Assembly (NCBI GenBank): GCA_012295275.1
Contig: CM022675.1
Span: 5,890,001 to 5,954,000, forward strand
DNA: 64,000 nt
Origin: Chrysomallon squamiferum
Lineage: Eukaryota > Animalia > Mollusca
Direction of reading: 5' to 3'
The notes below the pieces were generated by a model. The model searched no databases. It saw only the letters and a list, made by a program, of their open reading frames with translations, and was not told the DNA's origin. Positions within the stretch are counted from its first letter, which is position 1. Each line of letters begins with the position of its first letter. The position numbers were made by a program, and so were the translations under genes. Of the stretch, positions 1 through 12,129 are shown piece after piece.

Positions 1-58
1 AGAGAGGAAACAGGTAAATTAGTTTAATACACATAATACATATAATAATACATTTAAA

Positions 59-121
<63 letters not shown>

Positions 122-292
122 GTAAATAAAACAAAATAAACAAAACAGACATAAATGAATTAAGTTAAATTAAAATAAACGATACTATCATAAAAATGTT
201 TTAAAACTGTCGTATAGTTTTGTTACGATTGTGCATACTGTATGTTTAATGATGTTAGAGCTTGGAAATACGTATACTTTCAGTTCACTTAC

Positions 293-355
293 CTTTAACA
301 AAAGTAGAAAAAGCTTGAATAGTTAAAATTAAGAACAGCGGATATACCTTAAGAT
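293..355 (-). other. Candidate 63-nt internal exon of an unresolved minus-strand transcript running off the window start
   Basis: Minus strand reads ttatttcag|...AAG|gtaagt, with strong acceptor and donor. The phase-1 frame is open and hydrophobic (xLKVYPLFLILTIQAFSTFVK). Partner exons not established. Confidence 0.35.
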
Positions 356-1079
356 CTGAAATAATAATAATAAAAATAATAATAATGACGATTGTGAAGA
401 TGAAGAAGGTGATGATGATGACGATGATACTAATCTCATTACCGCAACTACCAAAATGAACCACAATGATAATGACGGTGGTGTTGATGATTATGATGAT
501 GATGATGGTAAAACAAAAAAAGCAAATGGAAAAATATATTTAATTTGGTTACTCTTTGGTGCGATTAAAAAGAACTGGTTGAAATATACTCTTCAAAAAA
601 AAAAAAAAAAAAAAAAGAAAGAAAGAAAAAGAATTTTTGATAAAAATTTACAATTACCAAATCTCTAAGGTATGTTTTAGTATCTAATAAAATAATTATG
701 TTTTATGTGAAGTGGAAATGTTGTTATGATTAATTATAAACTATATGTTATATATACATTTAATTTTAATACATTTTACTAAAGTTTTTGTATGAAGTAC
801 AAAATAAAAACAAATTAAAGTCTAATTAACGTAGCATATCAGTTGAGTTTATTTTATTATACAGTCTGGTTTTTTTTGTTTGTGTGTGTGTGTGTGTGTG
901 TGTGTTTTGTGTTTTTTTCTAAGCCACCATTTTATCTCTCTGTAATTTGTTGTTCTTGTTGTTGGTGTTGTTATTCGTCTATCATAATCATCATCATGTG
1001 TTTTAAAATAACTTACAGCAAACCTGTTAAGTCTTGTTTTGTCATCCGAATGGTATGTTAAGTGCGCAATAGAAAAATT

Positions 1080-1174
<95 letters not shown>

Positions 1175-1362
1175 ACAGTAACCTCACTAATTCATCTTTG
1201 AAAAGAACGTTTTAACAGTAACGGGCGTAGTCACTTTACATAACTGTTCTACGTGTTGCTTTTCAATTTCCTTTCTTTCGTTCTTTCTTTTTTTTTCTTC
1301 TTCTTCATCTGTCTACTAATTTTAAATTATGCGGCACACGGATTATAAATGAAACACTCTTT

Positions 1363-1641
1363 TTAAAGCACAATGCACGGGTCAACAAACCTGTGCAGTG
1401 AAGAAGCAATGGTTGAGTGGGTTCGTGCTAGGATTGTAATTGCTGGCTGCACAAACGACTGTTTACTTTGTGTGCAGGTTCTGTCATCTATCAAGCGTCT
1501 ATTAATACGTCGTAAGAATGCGGAGCGTTTGAAAAGGTGGGGAGGAAATTTGAGAAGCAGAGACCTAGCGTAACGCGCGTGCACCAGTTTTTCATTTTGA
1601 AGACATAATAAAGAAAAGAAAACGAAGATGAAAAGAACCAT
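1363..1641 (-). CDS. Possible small secreted protein or first coding exon, function unknown
   Basis: Non-repetitive ORF with signal-like N-terminus MVLFIFVFFSLLCLQNEKLVHA and a basic mature part. Possible donor CAG|GTTTG at ~1390. No family recognised. Confidence 0.3.
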   Translation of the reverse strand: MVLFIFVFFSLLCLQNEKLVHARYARSLLLKFPPHLFKRSAFLRRINRRLIDDRTCTQSKQSFVQPAITILARTHSTIASSLHRFVDPCIVL

Positions 1642-2354
1642 AATATTAAATGTTACTAAGGCTTATATATATATAGATACACACACATAATATTAAAAAA
1701 AGAGAACATTTAGGAATAATATGAGATCATTTTATTAGACCACCTGAACCACGTGTACTTATTTCCAGTTAAAACAATCCGGTTTAACATAACCTGTGAT
1801 GTGTGCTTCTAACTGTGGGAAGCTGCATATAAATAACCTTTTTGCTAATAGTAATATTAACCTTAATAATAATAATAATAACAACAACAACAACAACAAC
1901 AACTACAACCGTAGTAGTAGCAGTAGTAGTAGTATAATGGTAGTAATAGTGGAATTTGTTGTTGTTATATACTCGTGTACTAAAGTATTCTCTCATAAAA
2001 TGTATATAATAATAACAGCAGCAACAATAGTAGAAATAGTAGTGGTGGTAGCAGTAGTAGTCTTAGTAACGGTAATAATAATAAATAATCATAATAATAA
2101 TAATAATAGTAATAATAATTATAATAATAATAATAAGATGAAAAAAGTTCAAAAAGTAGACGCAGAAGAAGAAGGACAACAGCAACAACAATAACAACAA
2201 CAGTAACAACACAAATAATAACAATACTTACTACTATAAATATTTCAATCAGAGAAAATACTGAGAAACAGAACACGCAAGAAAACGAAAGAAAAATATC
2301 CACAGTCGTATCTGTGCAGTTTTCTATCTGTGAGACAAAGTCTAGCTCCTGCTG

Positions 2355-2364
2355 CTTTTATATA
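2355..2364 (-). promoter_or_regulatory. TATA-box candidate (TATATAAAAG) for the minus-strand transcript toward the window start
   Basis: Consensus TATA on the minus strand, in a non-repetitive island upstream of the 1641 ORF. Confidence 0.3.
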
Positions 2365-2498
2365 AACATTTGGGTGGGCTGGAAAAATGCATATGCTAAT
2401 AATAATCTGCTTTAGTTGACGATAATTTCTTCTGATTTCAGCGAGAAAGCGTCAAATACATGGCTTTTCATGAGTAGGCTGTAGTGAATCCATGAGGC

Positions 2499-2571
<73 letters not shown>

Positions 2572-3427
2572 ATTTCGAGAATAATAATTACTATTATAAA
2601 TAAAACGACAAGTCATTCTGGGTGTGTAGTGATAAAAAGGTGGAAAATGAAAAAAAGTAATTTCAAATTTAAAATGGAGGAAGAAAGCAGGATGTACAAC
2701 AGAACAAGCCTAGCTTCTCTCTTTTTTTTTAATTTCCTTTTTTTTTTCTTTTTTACCACAGAGAATGACGCCTGCTGAGCAGATCGAATAGAAAGAAAGA
2801 AAGAAACAGAAAAGCAATTAGAAAAAAGAAGTGACGGATAAATGACATTTTGTTAGTTTGATGCTCGAGCACGATTTACAACTAAGAACGCTGTTACAAA
2901 AAGAATAAATAAATAAAATTAAATTAAAATAAAATACGCTACATCATCATAAAAGTATTATACCCCGATGAACTAGATATGAATTTTCTGAAGCTTGTTT
3001 ATTAGTTTATAGGCGGAAAAATCTATAATAATAATAATAATAATTATAATAATAATAACTTGCAGGTTCCGCACAAAGGAAGGAAAGAAAAGGAAAAGAA
3101 ATGAAATACATAAAGAACACAAGTGATGAAAGAAAGAAACAGAAAAGGGAGAAAGAAGGAAGTAATAAAGAAGGATCAAATGAAGGAATGAATAAAAGGA
3201 AAGATGGAAGGATAGGTGCAGAAATAAAGGAAGAAGGATAAGAAATAATGAAAAAAAAAATAATAATGTGTGTGTATTTGTGTAACTTTTATTAACCCTT
3301 ATTACATGAGATAACATCAATATCTAATTTTAAAACTATCTTTTCATGATGTAAGTTAGCGATTCGGTTGGTTGGTGTTGCGGTTACTAAAACGACTAAA
3401 CGACAAAAAAAAAAAAAAAAAAATAAA

Positions 3428-3479
<52 letters not shown>

Positions 3480-3624
3480 TTGATTTCTGCTTAAACGTTA
3501 AACAAAAACAAAAAAACAGTGGCGAAATATTTCGCTTGTTTTTCATTCTTTAATTCAGTTCAAATGTATGTATGTATGTATGTATGTATGTATGTATGTA
3601 TGTATGTATGTATGTATGTATATA

Positions 3625-4516
3625 TACTCTCCAAAAAAAGAAACGCAAAATGGTTGATTTCTTAGATAACTATTGTAAACTGACACATATCGATGGCACA
3701 AACTATGAATATGATGATTCAAACGTACAGCTTTTGTTACAGTTGCCAAAAAGCAGGTAACACAAAATAAAGGCTATGATCGTGTTTATTGGCCAAAACG
3801 TCCCCGCATGCAAACCACGTTACCACGTTACCAGTCGTGGTGAACGTTTTGCTGCAAACTGCATAAATGAAGCGGACAGATTTGGCGGTGGCAGTGTGAT
3901 GGTGTGGGCAGCAATCTCATACACTGGCAGGACCAACCTGGTTCACCTCCAAGGCAACTTAACAGCACAGAGATACCGAGATGAAATTTTGCAGCCACAT
4001 TCGCTCCAATTATGAATAATGGTAACGCTGTATTCCAGCACGACAATGCGAGACCACATACAGCCAGACTCACAACAGCGTACCTACACAACAATAACAT
4101 TCAGGTCCTGCCCTGGCCCTCTAAATATCCGGATTTTAACCCTATAGAGCATTTATGGGACGAGTTGGATAGACGACTGAGGCAGCATCAACCACAACCA
4201 CAGAATCGTGCTCAGTTGACATTATTACTACAGACAGAGTGGGCCACCATTCCACAAGGTGTAATTCGTAATGTCATTACTGCCATGGGAAGGAGATGTC
4301 AGGCAGTTCTGGACTCCCATGGTGGGCACACAAGGTATTGATATTATGCTGTTATAACCTTGAACTTTAACCTTTTCAATGTAATACCATCAATATTAAT
4401 GAATTGCGAAAGTGTGAGTAAAATGTGAACATTCTGCTGCTTTCTGTTGATCCATTAGATAGATATATTCCCAATGTCAATAAAATCTACTTTTGCGTTT
4501 CTTTTTTGTTAGAGTA
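3625..4516 (+). mobile_element. Tc1/mariner (DD34E) DNA transposon, internally deleted (~890 bp)
   Basis: 26-bp TIRs TACTCTCCAAAAAAAGAAACGCAAAA (3625-3650) and TTTTGCGTTTCTTTTTTGTTAGAGTA (4491-4516), flanked by TA. Transposase motifs GGGSVMVWAAIS, FQHDNARPH and WPSKYPDFNPIEHLW, with 34 residues between D and E. Confidence 0.93.
3830..4341 (+). pseudogene. Truncated, frameshifted Tc1-family transposase (catalytic C-terminal half)
   Basis: Two overlapping ORFs (3776-4015, 4012-4341) join across a frameshift at ~4010. The N-terminal DNA-binding region and first catalytic D region are missing. Confidence 0.9.
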
Positions 4517-4640
4517 TATGTATATATGTATGTGCTTGGATAAATGGATAGATGTATATATGTATATACGTTGGCCAAATTGGACTCTACGATCACAGAA
4601 TTCATTAAAACTAGTAACACGAAGAAAAAGAAAAATACGC

Positions 4641-4828
4641 TCAGAGATGTGACAATTGTGCTGCACCGACTTTGTGGAACTCTCCGCCAACTTCTTTCAA
4701 AACCACTTTGTTAATATAGAGTTATGTTTTATTTTTACAATTTTAAAATGTTCAACCCAGTCTTTTAATTACCTTAAACAATTTTTAAATGTAGCTCATT
4801 TGTTTTTACCACCATTTTAACAAGTTCA
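4641..4828 (+). repeat. Dispersed repeat, copy 1 (copy 2 at ~8501-8742)
   Basis: cagagatg..aattgtgctgcaccgactttgtggaa and ctttcaaaaccactttg..tttttaccaccattttaacaagttc align with 8501-8742, which carries a ~55-nt extra segment. Confidence 0.75.
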
Positions 4829-5342
4829 TCTAAGATCATCGTATATAGAAGAAAATAATAAAAGTGAAATTCATTTTAAATCGGGTTCTTAGAAGAAGGA
4901 CTAAAACGTTATTTTGAAGGCATACACGGTCTGTTATGTATTTCTATTTCAGTGTTTAAGTGAAGGTTAAAAATTTTTTTATATTGTCTGGGATTAATTA
5001 TTTTAGTATATAATTCGGAGTACATTTCATTTTCTTTTCTTTAAATAGTCTACAATTTTATTTATTTATTACAATTTAACTCGTTTCTATTGTTTGTGAC
5101 AAGCTATAATTCGTTTGATGACAAACAACTGACACGATATATGTGTGTATATGTGTGTGTGTGTGTGTCTTTCATTTATGAGTGATGTCACAGGTAAATA
5201 ATTATTTATTATTTATCAGGACTTGACTGAAAGCTACATACACACACAAATGATACTATTTGACAAAACGAAGGAAAACGCAAAACAGAAAAGGAAAATG
5301 AAAAACAATAACGTGCTTACAATTGTTGTATATATATAAGTC

Positions 5343-5377
<35 letters not shown>

Positions 5378-5519
5378 TTTAATATCATGAAGACACGGCA
5401 ATGAGAAAGTCACAGATATCGGTAACACAACGTGGATTACAACTGGACGTTCTCAAGTCTTTTACAGTGAAAAGGAAAGGAAAAGTTAAATAACGAAAAT
5501 CGTCATTCATAATTAGAAA

Positions 5520-6170
5520 TAATTGTTCAGCACAAGAAACAAGCACGTGATTAAATTTACTGTGAAAACATGTATTAAATTCTTCTTTGCACATATTATT
5601 TTAATTTACTGTGAAAATATGTATTAAATACTTTATATAAATTCCTTAAATGTGCTATGAAAGAAAATGAATTAAATCTTTCTTACGCAAATTGTTTAGT
5701 TACTGTGTAAAAATATATCAAATATTCTTTACATAAATTGTTTAAAGTTAGTGTGTAAAAATGTACTAACTATTCTTTACACAGATTATTAAACTGACTA
5801 TGAAAAATATATTATTGTTTATAAAAACTGTTTTAATTATCCACGAAAAAAATATGAAATAAGAAAAAAAAAAAAAAAATAATAATAATAAAATAAATCT
5901 TACTAATACAAAAAAAAAAAAAAAGAAAGTTCTTCTTCTTCAAAACAAAAAAATGTATTAAATATTCTTTACAAAAAAGCATTTTGTATGAAGAAAAAAA
6001 ATCTTTACACGCTGTTTTAATTTACTATGAAAAAAAAATGCATCAGGTATTCTTTACACAAGCAGTTTTAATCTATTATGGAAAAGAAAAATGCAACAGA
6101 TATTATTTACACAGTTTAAATTACTAAAAATGTATAAAATATTATTGATACACATTATTTTAATTTGTTA
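5520..6170. repeat. Degenerate AT-rich tandem repeat (~40-45 bp unit)
   Basis: Recurrent tttaatttactgtgaaaa.atgtattaaat.ttctttacac motif, about a dozen decayed units. Confidence 0.6.
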
Positions 6171-6774
6171 GAACTTACCACAGAGTTTCATGTTATGAAC
6201 ATTCACGATCCAAGACGAGTTATTCTGAAATATATCTGTTCTCCAACTAATTATTGTTATTTCTTTTTTTGTTCTCAGTTTTTAAATAACACTGTACACA
6301 CTGGTATTTCCTTCACAATACGTATCAAAATTGAACTAAAATGTTCCGGTCTAAAGTTATAAATTAGCCGTGCATATGATTAATTTAGTTTCGTCATAAC
6401 TTTCAACCAATCGTCTGCAACGAAATTTTTTGGGGTCCAGTAACATGCACAATCATGGTACAGCCTGACAACATGAATGTATTTCTGCAAAATATTGCAT
6501 CTCATAGTGCAGATGAAACCAGAATTTAGCCAGGCTAGATGTAATATACCCTTGCAGTCCTGTTTTACACCTTTAATGTTCCTAGGTTAGGTATAGCGTG
6601 ATAAGTCAGTATTTTTTTATAAATATAATTTATTATTTTTCTTTTTTTTTTGCTCTTTTTTTCTCGAACTAGAAAGCAACTCACCGTGAAGTAAAAGTAA
6701 CAATGTTTTCTCAGCAGCATCTTGAAGATTCGGAAGTCACGTTTGTTAGTACCGTGCTCCAGATAGTAACAATA

Positions 6775-6809
<35 letters not shown>

Positions 6810-7472
6810 AGCTCCTGTAAATACGCACACATACCAGACATATTCATACATAAACAAACTCGCAAACTCGCACTCTGAAACAAGCCGTGTGACAACATTT
6901 AAATGAAACAATAACAATTTTTTTTTTTTAACCTGCAGAAATACAAGAAAATTAAATTAACAAAAGTGATGAAAAAAAAAAAAAAAATCATTTATTTGAG
7001 AAAATAGGGACAATCACAACCAACTTTTGTGTTCTCAGGTAACGTTTAAAAATCCCTCCAGAGGAGTTCAAACACAAATAGAGTTTTAGGCAAGAACAGT
7101 TTGAATCAGATACCTTGTGTTTGATAAAAATTGTTCAGTGTTTTTGAGGTAACACCGGTTGCAAATATAAATGATTTAAACAGTTTGAATCAATGGGATT
7201 AAAAAAAAAAGTAAAGTTTTGAGAAACACCGGTTGCAAAAAAAAAAAAATAAAAAAAAAAAAAAAGTTTAAAAAAAAAAAAAAAAAAAAAAGTTACGTAG
7301 ATAAAAATAACTTTAATATAAAAACAAACAGACATGTAAACACAAACAGATAAACATAAGCAGGTACGTAAACCAAAAAAAAAAAGGATTTAAAATGAAC
7401 AGAGGAAGACACACATATACATTGGAATATATAAAATAAACTCATATATATATTATAACCCTATATACTTAA

Positions 7473-7533
<61 letters not shown>

Positions 7534-8500
7534 TAGTAATAATAAATAAATAATTAAATTAAATTAAATAACAAAAGCTTTCAGTTCAAAGTTACGTAAA
7601 TACTTTATTGATTAGAAACTGGCAGACCAAGTTGAAATTGTATGTTTCGCTTTCGGTTTGATTTTCACCGTGCACCCTCACATCCATATATATACGTAAG
7701 TACAGTTAAATATCACAAACCAAATAAAATTTATAATTGTATCAATACATTTGAAAAGAAGATGCAGTTTATGCACGGAGCCATTTTCACAGGAAATATG
7801 CATTCATTTCTCTACATGCACATGCATCTATTGTATGTTAACATGTAGTTAGGTAGGGGCCTTGTTTGTGAGTGTGCGTGTGTGAAGAGAGACAGAGAGA
7901 TCTGACATAGAAATACGCATAATGCAAACGTCTCAAACATTACCTCCCTGCCCTTCCTGTTTCGTTTCTGTATCAAGTCTGTACAAGCATTCTGACATAA
8001 GGTCAAGGCTGCACAAATCCACGCATGTGTAACAGCTCAGCGGGAAACCTGTGATTTTTATTACAGTTACTGCCAAACAGTCACCAAGAGAGAAAGATAA
8101 ATAAATAAATAAAAGGTACGCGCATACTTTCTTTTTTACTTTACCTTTCTTTTCATTTGTAATTGGTTTGCTGAGAGCCCTTAGAGAACTGCACACACGC
8201 ACATAACAAGCTAAAAGAAGGACATGCTGTATGACACTCCATATTTTATTGACGGTTAAATAGCAGGCGTTTCTCACAGATAATAATGATTGTCGTCTGC
8301 TGATGAAAAGGCAGGCTGGCTGTACAACGTAACAGTTGAAAAGAAAATTGTTCGCGCTTTTTCGATTTCGTGTTTTCAGCTTTCGCATCGAGTTTATGAG
8401 TGTTTGCTATTGTGCATTGATCAGCGAGAATAACACTTAGAGAAAGAAAAAAAAAAAAAAAAAAAAACCATAACAAAAAAAACGACACAATTACATACAG

Positions 8501-8742
8501 CCAGAGATGTTTCAATTATGCTGCACCAACTTTGTGGAAGTCACTCTCAAGTAACACCACGGAGGTTGAAAGGACAACTACACTGAAAACACTACTGCAG
8601 TCCCATTTCTTTCAAATCCACTTTGATAATATATAGTTATGTTTTATTTTTCTACCTTTAAAATCTTCAAGCCAGTTTTTTAATTATCTTAAACAAATTT
8701 TAAATATGACTCATTTATTTTTACCACCATTCTAACATGTTC
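8501..8742 (+). repeat. Dispersed repeat, copy 2
   Basis: Same-orientation homolog of 4641-4828. Confidence 0.75.
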
Positions 8743-9437
8743 GCCATTATGTTTACATTTATTTTAATGTTTACGACCATGTCTTTTTATATTTTAGTTT
8801 ATTATTTTACACTTATTGTCTATGTGCAGAGTCTCTAATATAAAGGACTAAAAAGGGGAAAGGTAAAATGGTAATGTTTTCCAATAATTCTATCAAGTCG
8901 CATCTTTCACAATTTTAAACACAAAAGCTTGAAAATGCAAACTTCAAACATTTAGCATATATAGATACTGCTTATTATTATTTTTTTTTTCTTCCAGATT
9001 CATCCATTGTTGAAATCAAATTTAGCGAATCAACAAAAATATGGCGTTTAAACCCAAACATTGGACCGCATCTTCACTAAATGTTACAAACTGCAATAAA
9101 ATTATAATTTATAATCCGCTTTATGTAATTCGAACGGCATTTTGTTCACAATGAAAATACCTGTTATAAGTCATACTTCTAAATACAAACATGACAAGGC
9201 ATTTTAACTGGGGGGTGGGGTGTCAAATGACTGAGCTCACTTGAATGAAACGATATGGTTCGTTTCAGCAGCCTATTTTAAAGTAGCAATATGCTTATAA
9301 AGCTATGTCTATATCAGTTTGTATGTCTCAAGGGAATTATCAAGTTCTTGAAGTTTATCCAGTTTCTACATGCCACTATTTCATGTTAACATCACATAAC
9401 TTTAATACGTGCCAATTTATTAGGTTCTTACCAAAAA

Positions 9438-9472
<35 letters not shown>

Positions 9473-9950
9473 GTTGTTGTTGTTTTTAATAAACTTTTAT
9501 GAAAACATATGCAATTATTCGCCAGAATAGAATGAAATTTAGGCTTAAAACAAGATAGTGTTAAAGTCAGACTCAAACAGGTTAAAATCCGAGACCCTTG
9601 AAATCATTAAGCAACTTTCTCAAACAGAAAACTATTAGTGCTCCTTTATCATATCATATTATCATCTCTTATTTTCAAGATGTCTCCTGATACAAGTTTG
9701 TCGCTCGTAGTTTCCCCCCTTTCGCACCCATCTGCACAGTGACAGTGTAGATCTATGTTGAATTTCATTTCTGATTAGCAAGAGACGCTCATTTAACGAT
9801 CACCGCAATGTCGTCGTTTGAGCCTAATGTGTATCTGTGTATACGTCTAAATATGTATGTATACTTGCATGCGTGTATGACTTTCTATGTATATATGTAT
9901 CTGTGTGTCTGTGTATATATGTATGCATATGTTTCTATGCATACATGCAT

Positions 9951-9986
<36 letters not shown>

Positions 9987-10021
9987 AAAGTAATATTATT
10001 TTTCTGATTTTTCTGTTTCAG

Positions 10022-10070
10022 CATGATTTCGTTGTTTGTATTCTCTTACTCAGCACTAAGCTGGGACAGG
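10022..10070 (+). pseudogene. Relic signal-peptide exon paralogous to exon 1 of gene A
   Basis: tttcag|cATGATTTCGTTGTTTGTATTCTCTTACTCAGCACTAAG (MISLFVFSYSALS) aligns to gene A ATGTACTTGTTGTTTGTATTATGTTACTCTGCACTGAG (MYLLFVLCYSALS). It is followed by the same 3' flank block as gene A. Confidence 0.6.
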
Positions 10071-10245
10071 TTACAGTTGTGATATCCTTCAGTTGTTCTA
10101 CAGGATTGTTGAAATATCCCATTAAATGTCCCAGTGTATATTTATCTCAGTGTTTTATATATCATCATGTTTTTTTGTTGTTGGGTGTTTTTTTCTGAAT
10201 GTCTTTTCAGATGCTGAAATTTGGCATGCATGTCTATAATGTGTG

Positions 10246-10280
<35 letters not shown>

Positions 10281-10283
<3 letters not shown>

Positions 10284-10788
10284 TGACTGCCTACTGAATC
10301 ATTTGCAATGTAAGCCTGTGCTTTATAATTGGACACGGCTCGTGGTTTTGTAAGGTCAGACTGACATCCTGTCGTGAACCTTCTGACTTATTTGTTACAA
10401 TTTGTTGTAATCAAGATCGTGGTATTTACTCTTCAAACTATCTGTTAAAATGAGCAATAAACTGTCATAAGCCTTCTCTGTTTTAGTGTGCTTGTCACTT
10501 ACTTTCTCTTGTTTAATAACATATAAGTATTATGTGTATGTGAGTGTGTGTGAGTGTGTGTGTATGTACAGTCAACCCGCCATTTAACAGACATTATATA
10601 TATATATGTATGTACAGTGGACCTACCATTTAACACATCAGTTTTTCCACAATTTCAGAAAGCGTTGACAAAATCTGGGAGACATACAAATATTCTCGAA
10701 GGTCCAAACAATGTTTACAGTGACCACTTGTCCATTCTTGATGTAGAACCTCTGTGTTTTATCTTAGGATTTTCTACATATATTATTA

Positions 10789-10843
<55 letters not shown>

Positions 10844-10915
10844 GTGTGTGTGTGTGTGTGTGTGTTTGTTGTGTTTTTCACACTGACAATAACACATAAA
10901 ATGTAGAACTCTCCA
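10281..10915 (+). repeat. ~630-bp duplicated block, copy 1 (copy 2 at ~23100-23790)
   Basis: From ctctgactgcctactgaatcatttgcaatgtaagcc to ttttcacactgacaataacac, colinear and highly similar to 23100-23790. Confidence 0.9.
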
Positions 10916-12129
10916 CTGACTGTTGAGTATTGACTGTCTTGTGTATGTCTGATTAGACTCTGCACATTTAGACAATATTCTGTAACACACTGGCACAGGA
11001 GGACAAAGTCCAATCATAACCTCACACCAGTCAAAAATCAAACATACAACATTCATACACCCACAAATTACTGACACATGTATGTGTGTGTGTATATCTG
11101 AAATTATCCTTATGTATGTATGTGTGTATATATGTTTGTATGTCTTTCTATAATATGTATACTGTATGTATTTCGATATGTAGATACTTATAACTACACT
11201 TATGTCTGTGTGTGTATTATGTGTGTATGTATGTATGTATATATACTGTATGGATGGATGGATGTGTGTGGATGTGTATGTATAGAGGTATTTTCTGTTT
11301 TAATGATCATGAATGGTGGGTGTACAACAGAAGTGAGTAGTACTACAGAGAAGTACTTGTTAATTTGTCATCTTCCTTCTTCATTTATTTATTTATTTAT
11401 ATATTTTCTTTTATTCATTTTATTTTTTTATTTTTTTTTTTTTTAGATAGTGCTATAATCAGTGCAGTCATAATGAAAATTTTCAGTTCCAGCATAAAAC
11501 CAAAACAAACGGAAAATAAATAATATGTATGTACATATATGTGTATATATATATATATTTGTGTATGTGTGTTTAACTGAAATACAAGGAATTTCATTAA
11601 CAGATAAATAAAGAATGAAACAGATGAACAAACAAACACATAAATAAAAAAATAAATAAATAAATAAATAAATAAATAAGCAAGCAAGCAAGGATGTAAA
11701 TAAGTATGTAAGTAAACAACAATGACAAATATACAAATAAATAAATGAAATTAATAAGTAAATTAGTAGGTGAATAAATAAATAAATGACATGTAAATAT
11801 CAAATTAAGTAAGTAATTAAGTAAATAAATAAGATACTAAGTAACCAAGTAAAAAAAATAAAAAAAAAACAAACATATGATGACTCAGTGTGTTAAAATA
11901 TTTCATTTGAAATGTTCTCTTGTCTGCTTCACTATTTACTGATGATAAATAAAAATTGTGTTTATAAAAATGTTCATAAAAGCAGACAAATGTTACCTCT
12001 TCCTCGATGTAACAGCTTCAGACTTGAATATTGCCTCTTTGTTCTTGATCATCATTACCAACCATTGGCTACCATGATGTAAGAATAACTTAGTTTAATA
12101 TTTAATATTTAATAATAAAATTATTATTA

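Noticed and set aside
6685-6720. Minus-strand mini-exon MLLRKHCYFYFT|gtgagt
   Set aside because: Good donor, but no in-phase downstream exon could be linked; not supportable as a gene.
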